Below are positions 1 through 15,072 of a DNA stretch of 64,000 nt, piece by piece. The first letter of the stretch is position 1. Each line of letters starts with the position of its first letter. Below the pieces are notes generated by a model. That model ran no database searches. It saw only the letters and a program-made list of their open reading frames with translations, and was not told the DNA's origin. Origin of the DNA: Octopus vulgaris (lineage: Eukaryota); NCBI GenBank assembly GCA_951406725.2, contig OX597815.1, positions 139,128,001 through 139,192,000 of the forward strand, in the 5' to 3' direction. The translations under genes were made by a program, and so were the position numbers.

Positions 1-149
1 TTAAATGTTACAGTAAATGTGTTGTATTATCTACAGTTGTTCGAAGTTCAATTCTCACCTGTTACAATGGTAGATTTTCTTTTTTATGGTTCAATTAAAA
101 TACAGTTTATTTCATTCGTTAAATTAAGCACCTGTATCATATAGGTTTC

Positions 150-357
150 AATGTTTGGCACAAGGCCAGCATGTTGGGGAGGGGGTAAGTCGAGTACAAC
201 GGCCCCAGTACGCAACTGGTACACTTTTTATCGACTCCGAGAGGACGAAAGGTAAAGTTGATCTCGGCGGAATATGAACTCAGAACCTAAAGACGGACGA
301 AACGCTGCTAAGCATTTTCCCCGTCGTGCAAACGATTCTGCCAGCTCGCCGTCTTAA
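150..357 (-). mobile_element. tRNA-derived SINE, family A
   Basis: Reverse complement matches the ~210-bp unit recurring through the window (ggcgagctggcagaatcgtt...gagttcaaattccgccgaggtcgactttgcctttcatcctttcggggtcgataaa...agtaccag), with Pol III A/B-box-like head. Confidence 0.85.
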
Positions 358-809
358 GTACTTGTAACATACTGAAATTTATTCAGCTGAATGCAATTTA
401 TCCTTACTTTGTTCTTCTGTAAGAGATTACAATGTGTTAAATCTTTCTAATAGTAGTGTTAGGTGTTGCAATAATAAAGAAAATGACATTAGTGTAATTA
501 AAAAAACAATTTTTACTCTGTCATTATTCCAACGTAGGTCAGAAAGACGATAATATTATTTTGCGAGCTACAATTAAACCGAACTGATTTTGGTTAACTA
601 TGTACACCAATATTTTGAAAGTATTACAGCCTCCATCACAGAAGAAACCATTTACTAACATATTCTAGGGAACGTATGCTTTTGAGCATGGAGTTTCTCT
701 TTCAATACCTTCATATTTTATGGAAGTTTTAATTTATTGACTTATTGCTATTCCTCTTTACACTTTATGAATATTTTATTTATCAATTAGCTGTCCCTCG
801 GTCCGTCTG

Positions 810-986
<177 letters not shown>

Positions 987-2154
987 TTGTGTCATACTAT
1001 AAATAATGCGGTTTTTTTCAATTGCATGACCTAAAAGTCGGATGGAAACGGGATAAACTATTTCTATCAATTTGCTATAAAACCAGTTAGTAATGTTACC
1101 TTGTACTTATTCCTAGTGCAAGTGTTGAAGAGTGAAGTTCTATTTTAATAGTTATATTTTCAAGTGGCAAAGGAGCATATTCGGCATATTTTCTTTCATG
1201 AGTTTGATAAAGGCAACAACGTAACGGAACGTGAGAGGAATAATTCAGAGCCGGAAACTACAACCTAGAAGACGAGGCTCGTCCTGCAAGATTTATAGAG
1301 TTCGACAAGGACGTCTTCCAAAACATGGTGAGACAAAATCCCATCGTAACTGTTCGAGGAACTAAGAGAGAAGCTTGGATTTGATCATTCAACCATTCAT
1401 AGATACCTGCGTGTCATCGGAAAAGTCAACAATTGGCTCAATAGATTCCTCACAAATTTTCCGAGGCTAATCGCGCGCAGAGAGTGAATATGTGCTCTTC
1501 TTTGCTGTCATGACTCACGAATTAATCTTTTCTCAACCGAATAGTGACTGGTGACGGATAATGGGTTCTCTATAAAAATGTCAAGCGCTGAAACGGTGGG
1601 TAAGGAAAGGAGGAAAACCAGCACCCGAGGCTAAAGAAGGTCCTTCACCCACGTAAAGCGTTGTTTTTTGTTTGGTGGGATATGAAAGGTTTATTCCAGT
1701 TTGAACTTTTAAGCCTAAAGCAAACGATAACAAAGGAGATCTATTGGAAGCAGCTTGAGTGGCTTAAATCAGCGCTAGAAAAAAAATGGCCATCAATGAT
1801 TTCAAGTCGAAAGGTGTTCTTCTATCGGGATAATGCTCGTCCACGTACAGCCAGGATGACATTCCAAAGGCTGGATCAGTTTGAATGGGAAAAGATGCCC
1901 CACCCACCATATTCGTCAGACATTGCCCCATTTCATTATCATTTATTCCGCAGTATTCAAAATCATTTAGACGGAAAAAATATGAATTCTGTAGACGAGG
2001 TCAGAACAGGACTGGAAGGTAATTTTTCATGCGGGACAAGTGAATTTTGAAGAGGGGTCTTGAAAGTCTACGAGAGCATTGTAAAAAATGAATATATTTT
2101 AGATTTTGAAAAATAAAAGTATTAAAAAACTGCATTATTTTTGGGATGAACCAA
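987..2154 (+). mobile_element. decayed mariner (Tc1/mariner, DD34D) DNA transposon with both TIRs
   Basis: Imperfect TIRs ttgtgtcatactataaataatgcggtttttt / aaaaaactgcattatttttgggatgaaccaa with flanking TA at 985-986 and 2155-2156; transposase remnants inside. Confidence 0.92.
1162..2090 (+). pseudogene. mariner transposase pseudogene
   Basis: KEHIRHIFFHEF N-terminus, RIVTGD, RDNARP and HPPYSSDIAPFHYHLF (ORF 1661-2050). Third catalytic D is replaced by H; multiple stops and frameshifts. Confidence 0.9.
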
Positions 2155-2159
2155 TATGT

Positions 2160-2203
<44 letters not shown>

Positions 2204-2479
2204 ATATGTATATATATGTGTGTGTTTATGCGTGTGTGTGCTTGAATCATACTTATTGCAAATACATCGCGAAATGTCTACATTGCAGCATTTCTCAGGA
2301 GAAAATATCTTATGGGTGTACTATTGTTGAAAATACAAATATATCAACAGCAGACAAAATTAGTTCAGTAACGTGGTAAGAATGCTAGATACATATTTCT
2401 ACTTCGTTGGGTATTCACTTTAAGCATGATACACAGATTGCTACTATTAATCTAATACTGCTTCTGTTGCACATAATGG

Positions 2480-2593
2480 GCACAAACGCACGCGTGCGCA
2501 CACGCACACACAGACACCGACACAGACACACATACATGCGCGTGCGGACACACACGCAGACATGCACACACAAACACACAGACACGTACGCAT

Positions 2594-2658
<65 letters not shown>
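2480..2658. repeat. (CA)n/(TA)n microsatellite
   Basis: Directly visible. Confidence 0.9.
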
Positions 2659-2661
<3 letters not shown>

Positions 2662-5244
2662 CTGTTAATGCTACATTGTTAAAAAGATCGCTTTGCAACC
2701 ATGTGATTTCGGGTTTAGCCGTAACGCGTTGCATGTCGAGGAAGTGTTATGTCCTACCACTTTGAACTGATAAGTGTCTACCATCTGAAATTGGTAAACG
2801 GAAATTGTACAAAAACCCGCCATAGTATGTGTGCATTGCTTTCCTATTGCTGTATTTTCGATATGTCTGACTCGATGACATGACAGTCATCACCTTGAGA
2901 TTGTTTGAAAAATGATTCTTTATCCTGTAAATTAAGAGTTCAGTAAGAGAATTATCAACCATAACAATAGGTCGATATAATAGATTGAAGCCTTTAAACC
3001 CTGTGATCTATTATGTGCTATAAATGAGACAATGAAACGAGCATGCTTCTCTTTCTTTTCCTTTCATTCTCTTCGTAAAAAAAGATTGAAATAAACAACC
3101 AGCAATAATGTATGCCTTCACATCAATAAAGTTGAATGTCCCTAACTATTACTTCCTTCATAAAAATGTTTTATAATAAAGTCACGTGAAACGAATTTCT
3201 CTACAAGTTCTATAAATTCAAATTTCCTCTTATAATCAATTAAGGCATCTTTATAATGACACCGAATTTATGAGAGTAATATTCTCCCAAATCTTTTTAG
3301 TTCCGCAAGAAAATTCATATTTCAAAAGTGATTAATCTTAATATACTTTCAACAACTAAAATGTTAACAAATAATTTTCTTTCGTTCTGAAATTGTTAGA
3401 TGATTTGGTAGTAACTATTCCATCAATTATACACCTTAAAACTATTGTATCTATACACGAAACATGATAAATCACTTAAAGAATGAGTCATTCTATTTTC
3501 AGAACTTAAAGGAATTCTATATATGAATACATATAAAAATTCATAATACTTTCATACAATATTGCGGTTATAGTTTCCTTATTTCAAAATAATCTCGCAA
3601 TAATTAAAAATTCTTTTTCAATCTTTCTTTTGATATATTTTTCTTCCGTTATATTATATTGGTCTCTTTATATTTAAATATATTTGACTTTTTTTCAGTT
3701 TAAATTTTTCTTGTGTTTGTCTCTATTCTATAGACAACTCTGAAAATTTATTTCTCACAGTTACATGCAATTTCTGATTGTTGAAAATTCAAGATCATTT
3801 AATTATACAGGTTTCCCAAACTTTTCATTAAATGAACAATGATATCTCAGATCACCGGAACAATTATTTCATTTTCGATGAAAATTATTTTTTCTTTGAT
3901 CAAGTTTCTCCACAATTCCAGTAATTTTGATTCATTATGAATGATAATTTGTTTCTGCTGTTTCTTTCTCGGCAATGACATCAAAGCATCTCTTTATAAG
4001 GCTTCACTATAGAAACGAAAATAATCAACATTCTCAATATAAAATCGTTACTATAAAATAGATTAAATTACCCCACCCTTTTAAAAGAATTTGACTTTTT
4101 ATACAAGATTTAGAAATTTTAATCCGGCAATTACAACATTAGAGCATCTGTTTCTTTTGTTTCAGAATTTTAATCAATCACGTCATTGTATGAATTCAAT
4201 AGCACAGTATTTTGTATTCTACAGCAGCTCACAATTCTAGTATGAAATACTGCTGCTATATAATTCACACATCTTACAAGCAATCGATGTACTATCAGAA
4301 GCAAGACAGGTTTATTTTTTCAATAAATTATATCAGTAAATAATACCCATAAATTTAACGCATGAAATTTGATTCATTTTTCAAAAATTTTATTAACATA
4401 GTATTTGTTGTTTTACTTTGCATCTACTGAATCTATTAAAATAAAAGTCAACGGGAAAAATACATTCCTTTTGTTCATGGATACAATTTCGTTTTTTTTT
4501 TTGTTTTTTAGTCAGAAAAGGTATATAGCCGATGGTCTATCCTGGTTCACCGTAGACTTGAGAGAGCAAATGTGATTTAAATTCAATATATACGTATTTT
4601 ATACACTCCTGTGGATACATACGACGTGATTTGAACTTACAATGAATGTAATAATTTTGCAGTCAGCTCTCGAACATTAATTTACTAATTCCATGCATCT
4701 TTCGTGGATGATTAAACATGTTAACTGGCCCTAATGCATGTGTATCTTTATATTCTGAGAAATATTGTAGAAATATAAATGAAGAACTTAATGAGTCTTT
4801 AAGTGGGCAAATACAACCTCCCCTGTTAACAATCATTTTATTTCCTTTACTTAAAAATGTCATTCATTCTGTTATCAACGCATTTTAGCGCATCTTCCTT
4901 ATGCCGATCGCTTTGCGTTTTCGAAATTGGACTAAGTTTATAGATGCAATATTAAAATGATAAATAAACCCGAAAATTACAATAAAGTAATAAGATAAAG
5001 AAAATTGCGGTGGCTTTTAGATGACAACTTTGATCACTGGCAAATTGTACTATCAATCAATTGTAAATAAAAGATTTGGTCGCAGAAAACTGACTGATCT
5101 AAAGACAGAATATTAGTGGATTTGGTCGTACATAAATAGTAGATCCAGCCTCAGAAGAGTGGCAGATTTCGATTTCATCGCACTTAATTTTAAGGTACTC
5201 AACTGAGCAAAAAAAAAAAAGAAACAAGGTAATAGACTTCAAAC

Positions 5245-5860
5245 ACAGTGTGTGTTTATATACATCTGTGAGTGTCATCGTGATCGGGACCACTCCTGTC
5301 CGTGTTTGGTTCATCCGGTACCTCCATTAAACTTGAAGTGGTTCAGAAGGCCAAGGCTTTGATCACATGGCAGAGCAGGTGGTGGACTTGGTTGGAGTTG
5401 CCGCGCCCTTGCGTTCTTTCTTTAGGCTTCTACTTCAGTCTTTCTATTCGCCCCGGAAGTGGAACAACCGAAATTAATTGCTCATCGGATGGACAGTCGT
5501 CGGCTTCTGTTTCCCAGGTGTTAGGGCTGATTCCAGCTTGAAGGAAGGACGACTTAAGTTGGTCTTTGAATCTACATTTTGGGGCTCCTCCTTGTCGACG
5601 AGCTCGCTGTAGAGAATGGTCCGCTGGAGTCTTGAAGGGGCCATTTGGATGACATGTCCTGACAACCTGAGACGATGTTTGAGGATGGCAGCTTCAGTGC
5701 TCGGTATTTCTGAGCGGTTGAGGACTTCGTTGATAGTACGTCGGTCCTGCCATTTGATGTTGAGGATTTACAGAGTCTTGCCTTGTTGAAAATGCTGAAG
5801 CTTTTACGGATCTTTTCGATACAGGATACATGCCTCGTAGCGGCTCATCTTGCCGTCGAT
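5245..5860 (-). mobile_element. RTE-clade LINE 3' ORF fragment
   Basis: Minus-strand translation ILNIKWQDRRTINEVLNRSEIPSTEAAILKHRLRLSGHVIQMAPSRLQRTILYSEL resembles the RTE/BovB C-terminal pattern (LRW.GHV.RM...R.P..LY.EL). Confidence 0.8.
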
Positions 5861-7502
5861 TGTCGACCGTCGTCGGGGATTCACTTACCAAGTTACCGTC
5901 GATTATCAGAGCAGACGTAACCCGGATTTGAAGCGGGTAGCACACATACTAGTTAATCCATAGTTGGGACCCTAACAGGTGTTACAAGTGTGGGTCAAAG
6001 CAGACCTGGAAACAATAGTGGCTAATAAGTCGTTTCACTCTCCTCAAAACCCGGGAACCCACGTACCAAGACTCTGGTACTGGATGATGCAGTTTAAAGC
6101 CTTGCCCAGAACACACTGCATAGTTGCTAACTTGTAAACTACACAATTATGTCTACGTGTAAGTGTATTTATGAAGGAAATTAAGAGTACTAATAAATAT
6201 AACTAGCTTCTAGCTAAGTATCAAAATCATTTAGCGTACACAAAATATTAAAAGAAACGCTTTGGTAGCATCTATATTTTAACCCAATGAATTCGTAGCT
6301 TAATGGCAAAAATGTAATCAGAATTCAATGAAGAAAATCCTAAGAAATTCATATAACTATTCTAATTTCCCTAAAATGAGATTTGATATGTTGTTATTTT
6401 TAAATATATCGTAACGTAAAGGTTTGTTCCACAATAATTTTATTTCCTCTCTTTCAAACAAAATGAAATGGGGCCCGCCAGTATGGGCTAGTTCTATTAA
6501 TAGGATTACTTATGAAATTATCTTTTTTTTTCCTTTTAAATAAAGGCGGTATGTATGAGGCGAAAAACGACTTTTCTCAAAATTTCTTCTGTAATGCGAA
6601 AGCTGTCGACACTTAGAACTCATTAGTTAATATATATCGAATCCAAACCACTTTATATATATACTTGAACTTTTAAAATTGATGTGGTATCGATTTTTAT
6701 TAATGTTAAGGGCATAATCGGAATGTTGCAGTTTTAAATACATCTATTATCATACATTTCCTATCAGGCTACTTCACTGCGTAATAGCTTGAATAATATT
6801 TCAATTCTTAGTGTTTGCAAAAGACATCACAGAAAGCTATATACGTGCAGTCTATTCTCAGTCTTTTCCTTTATTGAATAAGTTAATTCCACCTGAAGGC
6901 AGATTTATTTTCACCGATTTATTACCTGTGGCACAAAGTATGTACAATACACTATTTTAAGAGAAATTCTATATTCTAAGACACCCGAGGCAAGTATTGA
7001 CAAAAATATTATGTAGTTTTATAGTATTTTTATTTTTTCATCTCGATTGCTTCAATCTACAATCGACTGCCCATTTACAGTGACTACTGAAGGTATTAAA
7101 GTTTTGCTAGTTACGTGTTTATATGTAAGTTTATATGTAAGATGAGTTTGTTTAACCGTTTATATTTCCAGCTGTTAAATTAAATGTTAGTATATATGAA
7201 TGCTCTACATATGTGGAAGTTACAGTAATTAACTTATTGCATATGCTAAAGTCCTATCAAAAACTCAGAATATTATCTATGTATTAGTTATTTGATATGT
7301 TATAAAACTGAATATTCTTGTTAGCTACAATTTATGAATGAGTCTAGAAAAGCAAAATTATATCAGATTGCACAGGAAAAGTATGTTTTCTCGATAGTAA
7401 GATGATAACGTCACATCACTATGCCTGTACATGTTTAACGTCCTTGTAACATATTTTGCGTGTGCATGTGTACGTGTAGGTATGTGTGTATATGTGTGTG
7501 TG

Positions 7503-7546
<44 letters not shown>

Positions 7547-10500
7547 TGAGAAAGAGGAGATAACAAAAAGAAATTGTTACTGAAATAACTCCAGACAATT
7601 GAGATCAGAATCATTGCGACTTGATGTAAAAAAAAAATGACCGAGATAATTTTTAAACACAATAGTGAAATAAATAAGTAAATATTCAAAAGTTGGAAGT
7701 TATAGCGAAGCAATGGCACAGTATGTATGTTGAGTTAATGGTTAATTTTAAAACTTTCCTTTCGACACAAATTACAAGCAGTAATAAAATCGGAAAATTA
7801 TTTGTTTTGGTACCAGAAAGATGCAGTTATTAACTTCTGAAGCTAAATTCTATGCCCGAGGCAAGATGGAACATAAAAGTGGGTTTAATTAACCATGACA
7901 AATAATGCATTTTCTTGACTATTGTCGAGAGTACATGTAAAAAAAAAAAAACATGTTATTGTTTATTTTAATCTATTACTACATTTCAAAATTAAATATA
8001 ATGTCATTTCGATTTACACAATTGAAACAGCTTTCACTGAGATTTTCTAGTTTGCGGCGGTCTTCCAAAATACCAGTGATTGTTTTATTCTCATTCTCCA
8101 ATATATTGAGGAAATTATTTCGTTTCATCAGGTGGCAATTAGGTGCACGGCATTGGCAAACCTCAAGAAAGGCAAAAAGCCTTTGTTGTTCTCGAGAGTG
8201 ACAGAAGTGACGATATTTGTTTCGTTCCGATGAATAATATTGTACTTTTAACACAAAAAGTCTATGAGGAAATTTTATCCCAGACATTTCTAACGCTTTA
8301 TGCCTTCTATCAGTGGTGTATACATTTATTACTATACATAGACTGCGATAAAAATTTCCCCCGCAAAATAGGAAAGCCAGCTTTTCAGATACAAAGTTAA
8401 TTAATTTGAATAATTCAATTACAGAAAAGATCAAACTCTATCGAGAGCCATTGATTGGTAAAGCGCTCAATGTTACTTAGAAGCTTTTAGGAATAATGTG
8501 GAATACAGAAAGTATATGGATTTTCCGTGGCTTTCGAGTGTCAGTAAAAGTCATCAGTCTCAGATTGAACCGGGTCTCTTCCCTGAAGTATATATATACA
8601 TCCTTTCGCTGTTGCTTAAAAACGCAGAAGGGATTCATAATTTTGTTAGAAGTGATTCAAAGTAGACAAATTCAGGATATTGTATTTATATGAAAACTAC
8701 TTCCCTTATTTCCCATCGGAAATCCTTTAAGAGAGTGGAGTAAGAACTTTTGCTAATTTTAAGAATCAAAGCGAGTAACATTACGGATTTCAATGAGAAG
8801 CGAAAATGAAATAGTTTAACATTCCAAACATGTCAATCCTTTGTGCTATTTACAAAATAAAAGTTATAAATGCCATATGAGACCTCGTGCTGTGATACTA
8901 TTCTTTAATGGTTTTTGTATCTGACAGCTTTAGAATTCTCCTGCAAGTACACATTAAAACTGAGAGAAAGCCAACACGTTACATTTGATATATCTGTCAG
9001 ATGTTCACAGCAACGAGAGCAGCTTTGAATTAACGATTTTAAACAATCTCTAGGAAGTATGAAACAACTGCAAACTTTAACATTCTATGATAGTCAACTG
9101 AAAATGACTTGTATAAACTAAAGCAATTATTTGCGTTCTCAATGGAGATGCATTCCAAACGTTTTAAAAGTTATCAAAACATAAATAAAGATAAACGACA
9201 ATCAAAAGAAATGATAAAATCTTATAAACAGCATTTGCAGGAAGGGCTTTTATCCTCACTGGGATGCACTACACTAATGTTGAAGATGCGTTGGGAGACC
9301 CGTTATAGTTTATACGATTAATGGTTGACTACAAAAATCTGCCTGCATAAGAAACAATTATAGCTTTGAAACACTTTAGCGCAGAATCCTTATAAATTAA
9401 TTTTGACATTTAAACCCAGACAAAATCTTATCGCTTTAGTAAAATCTATAGAGCCACATCTCTGTAAGCACTCATTACTTTCTAAATGCTTTAACTCTGG
9501 TGTTTTTAAAACAATGAACACTTGCTGAAACTCGTGTGACTCTAGTTGCTACTGTGTATCTAGTTGTTATTTCACCTGCTTTCTGTTGTGTTTCTGGTTT
9601 TTGTTCTTCAGACAAGGTCGTTCCTGGACGAGCATATTTATGACCAAAGTTATTCGAGCCCTGATCAGCGGCTCTTTTTGCATATGAAGGGTTATATTTT
9701 CTCATGTATCTTCAGTTAAGATTGTAGGTTTTGATTTGAGATAGATTTTGCTGCTATGTATAGAAGTTCCCGTAATCTTCATCAATTCAGTTAACGTTAA
9801 AGATTTTATTTTAAGTGGAGATTATTCTGTTAGAAGTTATTTGTATCCACTTGTTGGCAGACATGCAAAATCTTGCATGTGAATCCCCTTTTTAAGGCTG
9901 GAGTGTGTGCTGTTATTTCTAGGATTTTAAACGCCATGAAGGAAAAAATGCGGAAATGTTGAAAGAATTGGAAGACGAATCGCGAAAGAAATATGTATAC
10001 AAGCACATATATGCTTGCTACTTAGTGTATGGCTACATATATATTTTCAGTCGCACACATATTGTTATTCATTCCACATATATAATGCTAAGTGAAGAAT
10101 TAATGACATAGCTTTGAAAAACCAAATCGGAAGTATTTTATTAAAAATGTATTCAACGATTCAGAATGATTGATTAAAATCTTAACTAAATGAAATCTTA
10201 ATTACGCTGAGGCACGCATATAAATAACTGTTACTATCAAGATGCAAGGAGAAGCATAGTTAGTGGAAATTCATTCCGAAGAGAATATGACCTGTGCGTT
10301 TCGATGCAAGTTATAATGATGCACTCATCTAATATTAATGAAAAATGAATACCGTTAAAAAAACTGAGATGTAAGTATTTAAAGTGTATCATGCGTTTTC
10401 TAACTCCAAAATAACGATTTCAAAATACAACTACATCACTCATGAACCTTTCTTATCATTTCGGAATCAATAAATAAAAATGACTTCTTCCGGGCTAAAG

Positions 10501-13485
10501 GGTATCTCTATCAATCTTGATTGTTCTTACATTTTATACCGAAGTACGGAACTTCTAATCAAAAATTTCAGAAAGGAAACATTGTAATATAAAGAAATGA
10601 AATGCCAACAAAATTTATGGGGTGTCACTTGATTCTGCTTCGCTGTTATTAGTGAGAAAAACTGTTACATTCTATAGTGATATTAAAGTATCACGTATGG
10701 ATGAGGTTTTAGTTTATTTTTAGCAGATCACAATTTTGTTCATTCACTGAGTGCATCATGAATTGAATGAAAAAGAACAATTTTATCTCGTTGATTAATC
10801 GATATGAAAGCAATATCATTGCTAGTGCTACAATTTTCTGACTGGTGACCTCCATTGGTGACCTACACTGAAAAGAATCATCGGAAAGCAATAACAAGTG
10901 CTACATTTTTGTTGAACACATTCATGTTCTATCGTCAGCATTTTAAAAATGACCCTTTTATCTTAATAGTATCTGCAAGCACTTACCTGGCTGTCTTCCA
11001 AAACCAAAAGCTCGTTATATGCAAAGCTGCGTACTATTATAAGATAAAGTAGTTTCTTTTAAACTTCTCATGGAAACATCCAAGAGGTCAATTGCAGTGA
11101 AAAGAAATTAATCAATTTCGTTTATATGTTGTAGTTTGGTTAACCGAAATCGATAGCAAGTTGTAAGAAAAATGAGCTGCAGTTGGAGCATTAATTCCAA
11201 CCAAGTGCATCAACTGCAACAATCATTCTATAAAAGGCATGTAATCTATTAAAATCTATTTCGCACTTGACATTGAACTTGGCGAGATTAAATTTGTCTA
11301 TCTTTAAATGTGTTGATTGCTGGAAAGTAAAAGATCCTCAACCTTCCTGTTTAAATTATATACTTAAAATAATTAAACACAAGTTCTAAGCGAGATTTAT
11401 AACACATTCTTTTGTGGAAGATAAAAATTTCTTTTACATTAAGATTTGAAAATTAATATTTGTTCCTTTATAAAGATGTAACGTTAATAATTTATTTTGT
11501 TGTTATTGTAATATATGCTTTTTTTATTAGTATATGAAAGTACTTGATGATATCTTATCGTTTCAATTGTTATGCAATTAATAATAATCATGAGATAAAC
11601 TTTACTTGGCATCCTAAGTTTATTTCCTGTAAAAAAGATCGATATACCTAGTCACAGTTAAGAGAAGAAAGATGTGGAGAAGAAAGAGAACAATTTCTTT
11701 CAAGTTACAAATATTACCTTATCAAGTTCAGCATCACAAGGTTGTTGGTAACAGCATTAAACTACAATCTTTCTTCACCCAGAATAACTTTCACTAATCA
11801 GTCAGTGCTGTATAAATCCCGAATAGCTAGATCTACTAAAATAGTATTTTCTATTTTTAACACTATGGGTAGGCGTGTAGCCATATTGTTCGGAGACTAA
11901 GATCATGATCATACGGTCGTTGGTTCAATTCGTAGGAAATGCGTTGAATCCTTGAGCTTGGCACTTCATTTAAATAACTACCAGCTGGGTATTGAGATAG
12001 TTTTCTCTCTCTCTCTCGCTCTCTCTCTTCCCCACCTCTCTCTATCTATCTATCTCTCTCTCCAATGCTACGTCCCGGATGTACCACATGACTGTGTGAA
12101 GACAGCCGAAGGTATGTCTATATCTTCTCGAGACTATGTAGACACCAAAAATAATTTGACAAAGCAGATACAATGTGACCGAAATGTACACGCTTTACTT
12201 CATCCACACTGATATTTTTTCTAATTTGATTATTCCCAGTGGGTTTCTTGCTTCTCTGCAAGAATAATTAGTGCTCATTTTACGAAAATTTATGTATTTA
12301 TGTTATTTCTGATGATTAACAAGAGCAAAATATTTGCATTTAACTCATATGGATCAAGACACATAGAATTAATGCTGTTCTGATGCGAAAATGCATATCC
12401 TGTGCGATTGTTTAATGTTTTTACGTTTTCTTTTTATCGCGTACGTTTCATGGGGATGCTTCGCGAAGTACCTTTTACAAGTGAACAAATCAATCAATCT
12501 CTCTCTCTCTCTCTCCTTTATCTATCCATTTACTTATCTCTATCAGACTGACCTTAGAAGTATGAGACATGGATTTCGAGACTTAAATCACCCATGTTGA
12601 GTGAATGACATTAAACAGATTGCTTATGGATGTCACAATACCACCTTCCATATATATATATACCACTTATATATATATATGCTTTTCTTTTATGACCAAA
12701 GAATAAATTAAATGGCCCTTTACTTTCGTTTAGAAATAATAAGTATTTGCCGATTGTTGTCGATGAATAATCCAGTTTCCTGTCTGCTTTCTCTTGTTGC
12801 GATATTTCTTTCCGACTCTCCTTATTTCTTGCTTGACTCGTGTTATTTTCTATCATCGCTAAGTTCACTCAGATGGAGTAACCGCTTTCATGTCATTCCG
12901 AAGTTAAGTCTTTCTTGCATGTTAGGGGTGCTCCAATTAACTGCTGCACTGTATACCACACTATCTCTAAGCGTTTGCATTTATTAATATTGTTTGGTAA
13001 CTAGTGACATTGGCACTGGAATCTTATATCCACAAACCCAACACATCATGCATGTGTCATTATTTTTGTCCCTGACAACGAAATACAAATATGTGCATGC
13101 CAACATTTTTTCTACTATGAAAGGCTCTGTGGATGTAATAGATCTCTAATACGGACACCTCTTTTGCTGAAACAGTTGAACTAGCGGGATCAATTTTCCA
13201 ATATGAAGGCACTGGTGTTACCAGCGTGAGAGAACGTGCAAATCCAGTTGAATGCGTAAAGATTCTTGAAAATTTCACGAACTAATCTACCATGAATCCT
13301 GCTAAAACACAATCACAGAGGTAAGAATTAAATAAATTCAAGATATAATATAAACAATAGAAAAGGTTGAATCTCCACGAAATTCAGAAGCTGTTGCAAC
13401 ACATGTTTTAAGAAAACTTATCGCTAAAATTTTTTTCTGTGAAGTCAGTGGAAACTTTAACGAAGTAAAATTTACCTTACAGTGG

Positions 13486-13700
13486 TTTCAAATTTTGGCT
13501 CAAGGCTAGCAATTTCGGGAGAAAGGCTAAATCGATTACATCGACCCCCAGTGCTCAGCTGCTACTTATTTTTTCGTTCTCAGAAGCATGAAAGGTAAAG
13601 TCGACCTCGGCAGAATTTGCACTTAGAAAGTGAAGATGGACAAAATGCCGCTAAGCGTTTTTCCCGGAGTGCTAACGATTCTGCCTGCTCACCGACTTAA
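13486..13700 (-). mobile_element. SINE family A
   Basis: Same unit as 150-357. Confidence 0.85.
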
Positions 13701-14509
13701 AAGCAATCTGCTTTAAATTGAACTGTCTCTTGTGTTATTCTTTTATCGATTTTCAAAGTGTAGTTTACGGCTCATCTTTCAAGGGTTGATAATTAAAACA
13801 TCAGTAATGTATTAAGACGATGTATTCAACTACATACTCCCCGCAAATATATCTACTGTCTGTATATTAGAAATCCTTATTAAATAGGACACGAAATATT
13901 AAGGAAGCGTGTGTATTTTTATGTTTTCTTACGAAGAAGTAAACAGTAGCAGAAAACTGAAGATTCATTACGTCAGCTGGAATATAGAATCAGTTCAACG
14001 TGCGTAATGAGTAGGAAGACTACAAAAGAGAGTAGTAGAGGAGGAAGATGTCAGAAGTACCGTTAATCTGAATGAGAACTCCTTAATTTTCTCCTACTCA
14101 CTGAGAAAAGATAAGAGCACGAAATGTCAACCTTTCTATTTCTTATGACAATTGCATATGCGCCTGATTCATTGTCTTCTATCCATTCCATAACCAGTTT
14201 ATTCCAGTTTTGGATTTTATCAATGCATTAAGAGTAGAAAATTCATTGCAGAATCAAAACATTCAGTGATAAAGAAAAGGACATCTATAGGCAGGCAGTT
14301 GCCGATATTAGGAGGAATGTACACAAAGGAATGTACAAAAGGAGGAATGTACACAGAACTAGAAAAATACCGAAACATTTAAACTACACACATTCCTCAT
14401 AGAATTTCAGAAATTGAGTGTGTATGTCCCCACCAGGTAATAACTGTGCAGTTTTTATATTTGTGATCTATTCTGACAGTGGTGGGCATGGAACGCTAAC
14501 ATTAATCTA

Positions 14510-14760
14510 TTAATAACACAGCTTATTAGTTGCTCGGGTTTGTTTCGACCCTTTAGAATTGGAGTTTTTGAAAATTAAAAATTATGCATTGTAAATTTGA
14601 AAGAAATTGGTTGTGTAGTTCTCAGATTTTAGGGATTCACACAAACAGACAGACAGACAAATATAGCAGAAAACACATGTCAAGTTACCACAGAGTGGGA
14701 CTGAGCTGAGTACCATGTGTTTTAGGACCAAGTTTGTTTCCACACAGTCACACCTGCATT
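14510..14760. mobile_element. non-autonomous repeat fragment (possibly Helitron-derived) fused to a family B SINE fragment
   Basis: gttgctcgggtttgtttcgaccc...ttggttgtgtagttctc...gattcacacagacagac, followed by a minus-strand family B head. About 130 bp recurs at 15283-15402. The Helitron assignment is from recall only. Confidence 0.45.
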
Positions 14761-15013
14761 TATGTTTGTGTGTGTGTGTGTATGTGTGCATGGGTGTATA
14801 TATGTATGCATGTATATATGTGTACATATTACATGTACACCTATATATATATATATACATCTACACATGCATGTATACATATACATGTATACATATAGAG
14901 CTATACATATACATGTATACATATACATCTATATATATACATATATATATATACATCCATATATATGCATGTATATATATATACATCTATAAATGTTCAT
15001 CTATATGTATACA

Positions 15014-15072
<59 letters not shown>

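Noticed and set aside
2106-2765. Many YI/CV/HT-repeat ORFs here and across the window
   Set aside because: Artefacts of (TA)n and (CA)n repeats, which lack stop codons.
7979-8434. 151-aa minus-strand ORF
   Set aside because: No ATG start at the listed position, no recognisable motifs, and overlapping short ORFs on the other strand; likely chance.
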